From contig NC_087469.1 in NCBI RefSeq assembly GCF_036321535.1, positions 8,618,001 to 8,682,000 of the forward strand: a DNA stretch of 64,000 bases. Direction: 5' to 3'. Positions 59,451-64,000 of the stretch are shown one piece after another (within the stretch, counting starts at the first letter, position 1; each line of letters begins with the position of its first letter). Both the position numbers and the translations under genes were made by a program. The DNA comes from Camelus dromedarius. Taxonomy: Eukaryota. The notes beneath the pieces were generated by a model. That model had not been told where the DNA came from. It worked only from the letters and a program-made list of their open reading frames with translations, and did no database searches.

Positions 59451-59789
59451 TCAGGCCTTAAAAACAGCTATCACGTGAGACCCGTGGTACCAGCCAGAGT
59501 GAACCAGGGCCAGCACAAGCACATGTCAGTGGGAGGTGTCAACCAACTCCCTTGCTCCCTCGGTCTCTGAGGCTTCCCAGGCCACCCCACCTTCAGTCTG
59601 GCTTTAGGGGGAGCATGTGGGCACAGCCCACACTCAGCGGGGCCTGGCCAATTCCTGATGGCTGGGGCCTGGGTACATCACTTAACCTCTCTGAGTTGTG
59701 TGGTTAAATGAGAGTAAATAAACATCCTGACTGAGCAGGGAGGTAATAGGCACTAAAAAAATTATTTTTTAAAAAAGCAATATGTTTAA

Positions 59790-60110
59790 AGTTGGGGGAA
59801 TTTGAATCTGGTTGGGGTGTCAGAAGACACCAAGTCATTATTATTAGGTGTGATTAGTGGCATATGGTCAGGTACGGAAATGTCCATCGTTTGTATAAAT
59901 GACTACTGACACACATAGGGGTGAAATGATGAAACGTCTGGTGTTTGCTTTAAAATCGCTGAGCAAAAGTCAAAATTAAATGAGCAAGAAAGTAGAAGAT
60001 GAAGGGGGCAAAATCTCGCTCATTGTGAAAACAGGGTGGCGGGCAGAAGGAGGTCCATTGGGTAGCCTGTCGACTTCTGTGTATGTTTGAAATTGTTTTC
60101 ATAATTATAA
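59790..60110 (+). mobile_element. L1MC/MD-like 3'UTR fragment
   Basis: ggggtgaaatgatgaaacgtctggtgtttgctttaaaat...tcattgtgaaaacagggtgg...cttctgtgtatgtttgaaattgttttcataat. Confidence 0.7.
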
Positions 60111-60404
60111 TACCAAAAGAGGTAAACATGACGCACGCAAGAGAGAAGGATATGCTAAAAACATCTAGGATTTTGCCCCAGCACATACGAGGTGCTCACT
60201 AAATTATTTTCAGTTTTGTATTTCTCCTTTTCCACGTTCCCCAGAGACTGAATTCCCTTCCCTTAAGAGACAGCCCACCTCTCACAGCTCTGAACGGCAG
60301 AAAACAAACAGGAAGTGGTTGCGCTCTGACAAGCACAGAGACCCCACCTTGGCTGGTCACATGAGTGAGGCCAGGCGACTTCTCTAGGGCTCCAGGCTCC
60401 CGGC

Positions 60405-60520
60405 TGCCATTCATTAAGCACTTACTACAAGCCAGCCACTGTGCTAAGCACTGTAAGTGCGGTCCCTCTAATTCCCACAGCGCCCCTAGGAGGTGAGTGG
60501 TGGTATTACCTCCGTCTGTC
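60405..60520 (-). mobile_element. MIR fragment
   Basis: cattaagcacttactacaagccagccactgtgctaagcact...ctaattcccacagcgcccctaggaggt. Confidence 0.75.
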
Positions 60521-61914
60521 CAGCTCTGAGCTCTCTTCCTCCTGGTCTCCTACCTGCCCTCCTCTTTGGTCTTGTCCAAGCTCTGATCTTATCTGCAAGA
60601 ATCTGCATTTCCATACAGGTCTGTGCATAAGCCTTGCCCCCACAGGCCACCTGGGCACAGTCTGGGGGACAAGAATGGGAACAATCTGGCCCCACTGCCA
60701 AGGTGCTTGGTGGGACCCCAGGTTGGCAATGCAAGAAAATTGCTGGGAGAGTAGGCACACCGTGGCTCCAGGCAGGGGTTTGGAAGGGAGCAGCTCAGAG
60801 ATAGAGAAGGGTTGTGTTCCTGTGGATGGGAAGGAGCCATGGCTGCAGTGGCCCAGAGTGGGTTCTGCAGGTCCTGCTTCCTTCCTGGGCCGTGGATTGC
60901 CATGATCCCAGGTCTTGCTGCTGCTAAGATGAGGACATCAGAGTGGAGGGGCTGAGAAACACCCATCCTGCTCTAGGATTCCACCTTCCTCCTTCCACCT
61001 CTGACCCTTTATCTTTATCTGGAACACCATTCCTGGTCCAGGTTGCCAAAGCCATCCCATGTTCAAGCAGCTTGGGAAATGTTGCCTCCTCCAGGATGCC
61101 CTCCAGGAGCAACAGGAGAAGAAGTCAGGATAGTTTCCCCAACCTTCCTCTCCAGAAACAAAAAACTTTGATTCGCCCGCACTAAGCTCTCCACTAAAAC
61201 CTTTACCCCTCAACCTGCAGGGATTTCAGACTTCGCCCTGGTATACTTGTTACCTAGTTCTGAGTCCGAATTTATCCACCCTGTGTTCTCTTTATATCCT
61301 CTTGTTTCCATGTAGTTCTCTTTGAAGCTTTTATGGGGCTAGTTTAAGATTGTGAAAGTGGGACTTCATACGGAAGCTTGCAAACTTAGGGAACATCTAA
61401 TCCCAAGAGGTGAGACAAGCTGAAAATATAAATAGCTTCTGAAAGGGCTGAGCTCATTTCATGGATGTCAGACTATGATGGATAATTAAAGAAAACCAAA
61501 GTGACTGTCTGTGCATCTGGCTGTGAGCTTGTGCGTGTATGTGGTGGGGGGAGTACCTCCCACCCCCCCAATAAATATTCCCACGTTTTTGTTCCACATC
61601 CCTACTCTTTGAGGCTGGTGTTGGGGAGGAAAATTCAAGGCTGATCCCTTGAAGAATTCAGCAAGTTTTCCTTTTATTTTATTTTTCCTGAACATGGAGA
61701 ATTCTTCTCTATATGCCCTTTACTCGCCCAAGAAGAGCTGCTGGATCATTTTTAAAATACTGATTGTACCCAGTCTAGGCCTGTCCAGTTTTAGGTGAGT
61801 TGGGTGGTCCAGCCTAAGCCTCAGTACTGGCTCAGATGCTCATCTCTGCAGGGGACAGCACGGATGGCGTCCCCACCCCATAGAAACAATGCTTGGGTTG
61901 TCATCATACACCCT

Positions 61915-62110
61915 GTTAACACTTACACTTATCACCCTCCAGCAGGCTCGGAGCCCCCACATTCCTCCGATCTGATGATCCTCACCCTCACCCCGTGGGG
62001 TGAGCTGGACAAGCCTTATTTGTATTCCATAGGTGAGGAAACTGGTTTGAAAAGCAGCAGGATCCATCCACAGCTCACAGGCAGAAGGTGGGCGGTGGCG
62101 GAGTGAAATG
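61915..62110 (-). mobile_element. MIR fragment
   Basis: ttgtattccataggtgaggaaactgg...cacagctcacagg. Confidence 0.6.
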
Positions 62111-63659
62111 TCACAAACATGCCCGTCTGGGTGCCGGGCACATGGAGAGCTTCCTTGGGTTCTGGAACTAATGTCAGAGAAGAGGCTGGTCAGACGCCTG
62201 TCGGTTACCCTGGTTCCTACCCAAAGAGCTTTCCTTCTCTGTGGGTCACAGCTCTTCCTAGGAAGCCTGCGAGGATGGGCCCTGTTTAGGGTTCATGGTC
62301 ATGTCCTATGCTCACGGGCACCTAGGTCTGTCTGACCCCTCGCCCTGCATGCTTTCTTCTCTTCCGAGAGAAACACACTCGGCAACCACATCACTCACAT
62401 CTTGCAAAGTTTCTGGTACAAGACGCAAAGCCTCCTCTTGGGAAACAGGGAGGTGACTTTGGAATCCTAAAGTGCCAAACCTCGTCCACTCCAACCCTCA
62501 CTTGAAAGGCCAGGCACCTAAAGGCCTGAGTAGAGAAGAGTTTTGCAGGGCCTGCCTGGATCTCCAGGCAGTGATCACTTGTCTTGGGCACCGAGTGTGT
62601 GCACAGGCAGCTCCCGGGTGACCCCAACTCCAGCCAGGGCCACAAAGACGCTTATACTCCCCTGCACATTCACGCACATTGCTGGCACCCGAAAGCTCCC
62701 TCCAGACCGCTTTCCTTCCCTAAATTGAGCCCATTTAGAAAGTTTTCTTTCCTCTCCCCACTGAAGACATCCATCAATTTCCCCAGCAGAGGCGAGGCGG
62801 ACACAACTCCTTCCCTGGGTTTATTAAATATGTTCAAGAGCCTATTTGTAGCTGTCACAGAGAAGCCGAGGGGGAGGCTGGGAGCTCCCTCAGCCATGCA
62901 GCCTGCATCTCAACCTCCGGGTCGGGGACCCCCTCGGCAACTATTTCTCCGTAAGAGCAGAGCTGAAGGGGCACCACAAGCTCTGATGCACTTGGCACTC
63001 AGGGACCACGGTGGAGTGGCCAAGGGATCTCAGCTGGGGCTGGCCGGCCAAGGACAGAGCCCACCCAGCAGGCCACCCGCCTCCCACGCACTGAACCCCA
63101 CCTCAAACATCGCAGTGAAGAGAAAATACGCTCCCACTCTGTCCCAGACCCCATGAGGCCACCTCAGAGTCACAGATGGGATCCGGGAGCCAATAGGTAT
63201 GGGGACCAGCATCCCCCAGTGTGAGCTGTCCCAGCTCAGACAGGGACATGACTTCGGAGATCCCTCCATATGGTGGTTCATGTTTGAGCCTGGAAACACT
63301 TTCCACAGAAGCCTGCAGGGCTCATCTGGCCCAGGGAAGGAGGTTTGGCGATAGAGCTGCAGTCTCAAAGGATGTCAAACGATCTCAGATGCTCTGGAAG
63401 CTCCTTCCCCAACTTGATGGGTGAGGACAATGAGTCCCAGCGGGAAAAGAGGTTTGCTTCGGGTCCTGCACCTACACCCACTAGGACACATCCGATTCAC
63501 CTACTGGGACCCAGGTCCCCTTTGTGCCCCTTTATCAAGAACCCAGGACAATTGAGGCTATTTTTTTTTCCCACCGTGTGATTTAAAGGGATGGGGAGAG
63601 AAACTCCTGAGAGGATTAGGACTGAAATTAGGAAAGCCAAGCTTCTTGATTTCTTGAGT

Positions 63660-63790
63660 CATTTCTTTTCTTTTTTATTATGAAATATTTCTAATGTACA
63701 GAAGAGCATAAAGAATTATATAACCAACATCTTTGTACCCACTACTCAGTATTAACAAATCCTAATAACTTGAGCAAATTCTATTTTCAA
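63660..63790 (-). mobile_element. Old L1M 3' end fragment
   Basis: ttttttattatgaaatatttctaatgtacagaagag...taaccaacatctttgtacccactactcag. Confidence 0.7.
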
Positions 63791-64000
63791 ATATGGTATT
63801 AGCTGCTATATGGTTAGCTGAATTTTTATAGCTCTATTCAAATGTAAAATAATTTTATTCTTTTCAATAAAGGCATTTCATTAAATGTATAACCAGGATT
63901 TAATTTTTAGAGCTTGGAAGACTTCATTTAAATACATTCAAAATCAGGGCTGGGGAAAGCCCTCTCTCAGACCAGGGGTCCTGATTTTTTGTTGGAAAGT

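Noticed and set aside
62584-63156. 190-aa plus-strand ORF
   Set aside because: Non-ATG start, low-information composition, no recognisable family.
1-64000. CRISPR array, operon, prophage, endogenous non-retroviral element or ERV coding region
   Set aside because: No spacer-separated repeats, no long ORFs and no gag/pol/env or viral motifs seen; the window is typical eutherian non-coding DNA.

Overview
Non-coding mammalian genomic DNA, intergenic or deep intronic. I find no protein-coding exon, RNA gene, CRISPR array or prokaryotic feature that I can support. The window is mostly old eutherian repeats: about 30 MIR pieces, about 12 L2 pieces, about 10 old L1M fragments and several hAT/Tigger DNA-transposon fossils. 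It also holds three younger cetartiodactyl-type L1 3' ends. Their sequence, plus the absence of Alu, B1/B2, Can-SINE, Bov-tA/BovB, PRE1 and CHR-2, suggests a camelid; this is inference from recalled consensus sequences. There are six N runs of 128-172 nt. The ORFs in the supplied track look like chance open frames or L1 ORF2 remnants. Between the repeats are unique blocks rich in homeodomain/SOX/Forkhead/POU/TCF motifs, resembling a developmental enhancer landscape, but the host locus cannot be named from sequence alone. I did not find a convincing undescribed biological system. The best second-look items are: a candidate L1 3' transduction (43201-43774), a tandem DR1 nuclear-receptor array (14206-14232), a CpG-retaining GNRA-capped hairpin (23434-23481), a 5'-inverted (twin-priming-type) L1 (37853-38245), and several candidate enhancers. 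All repeat-family names and boundaries were assigned by eye and are approximate; RepeatMasker/Dfam would be decisive.
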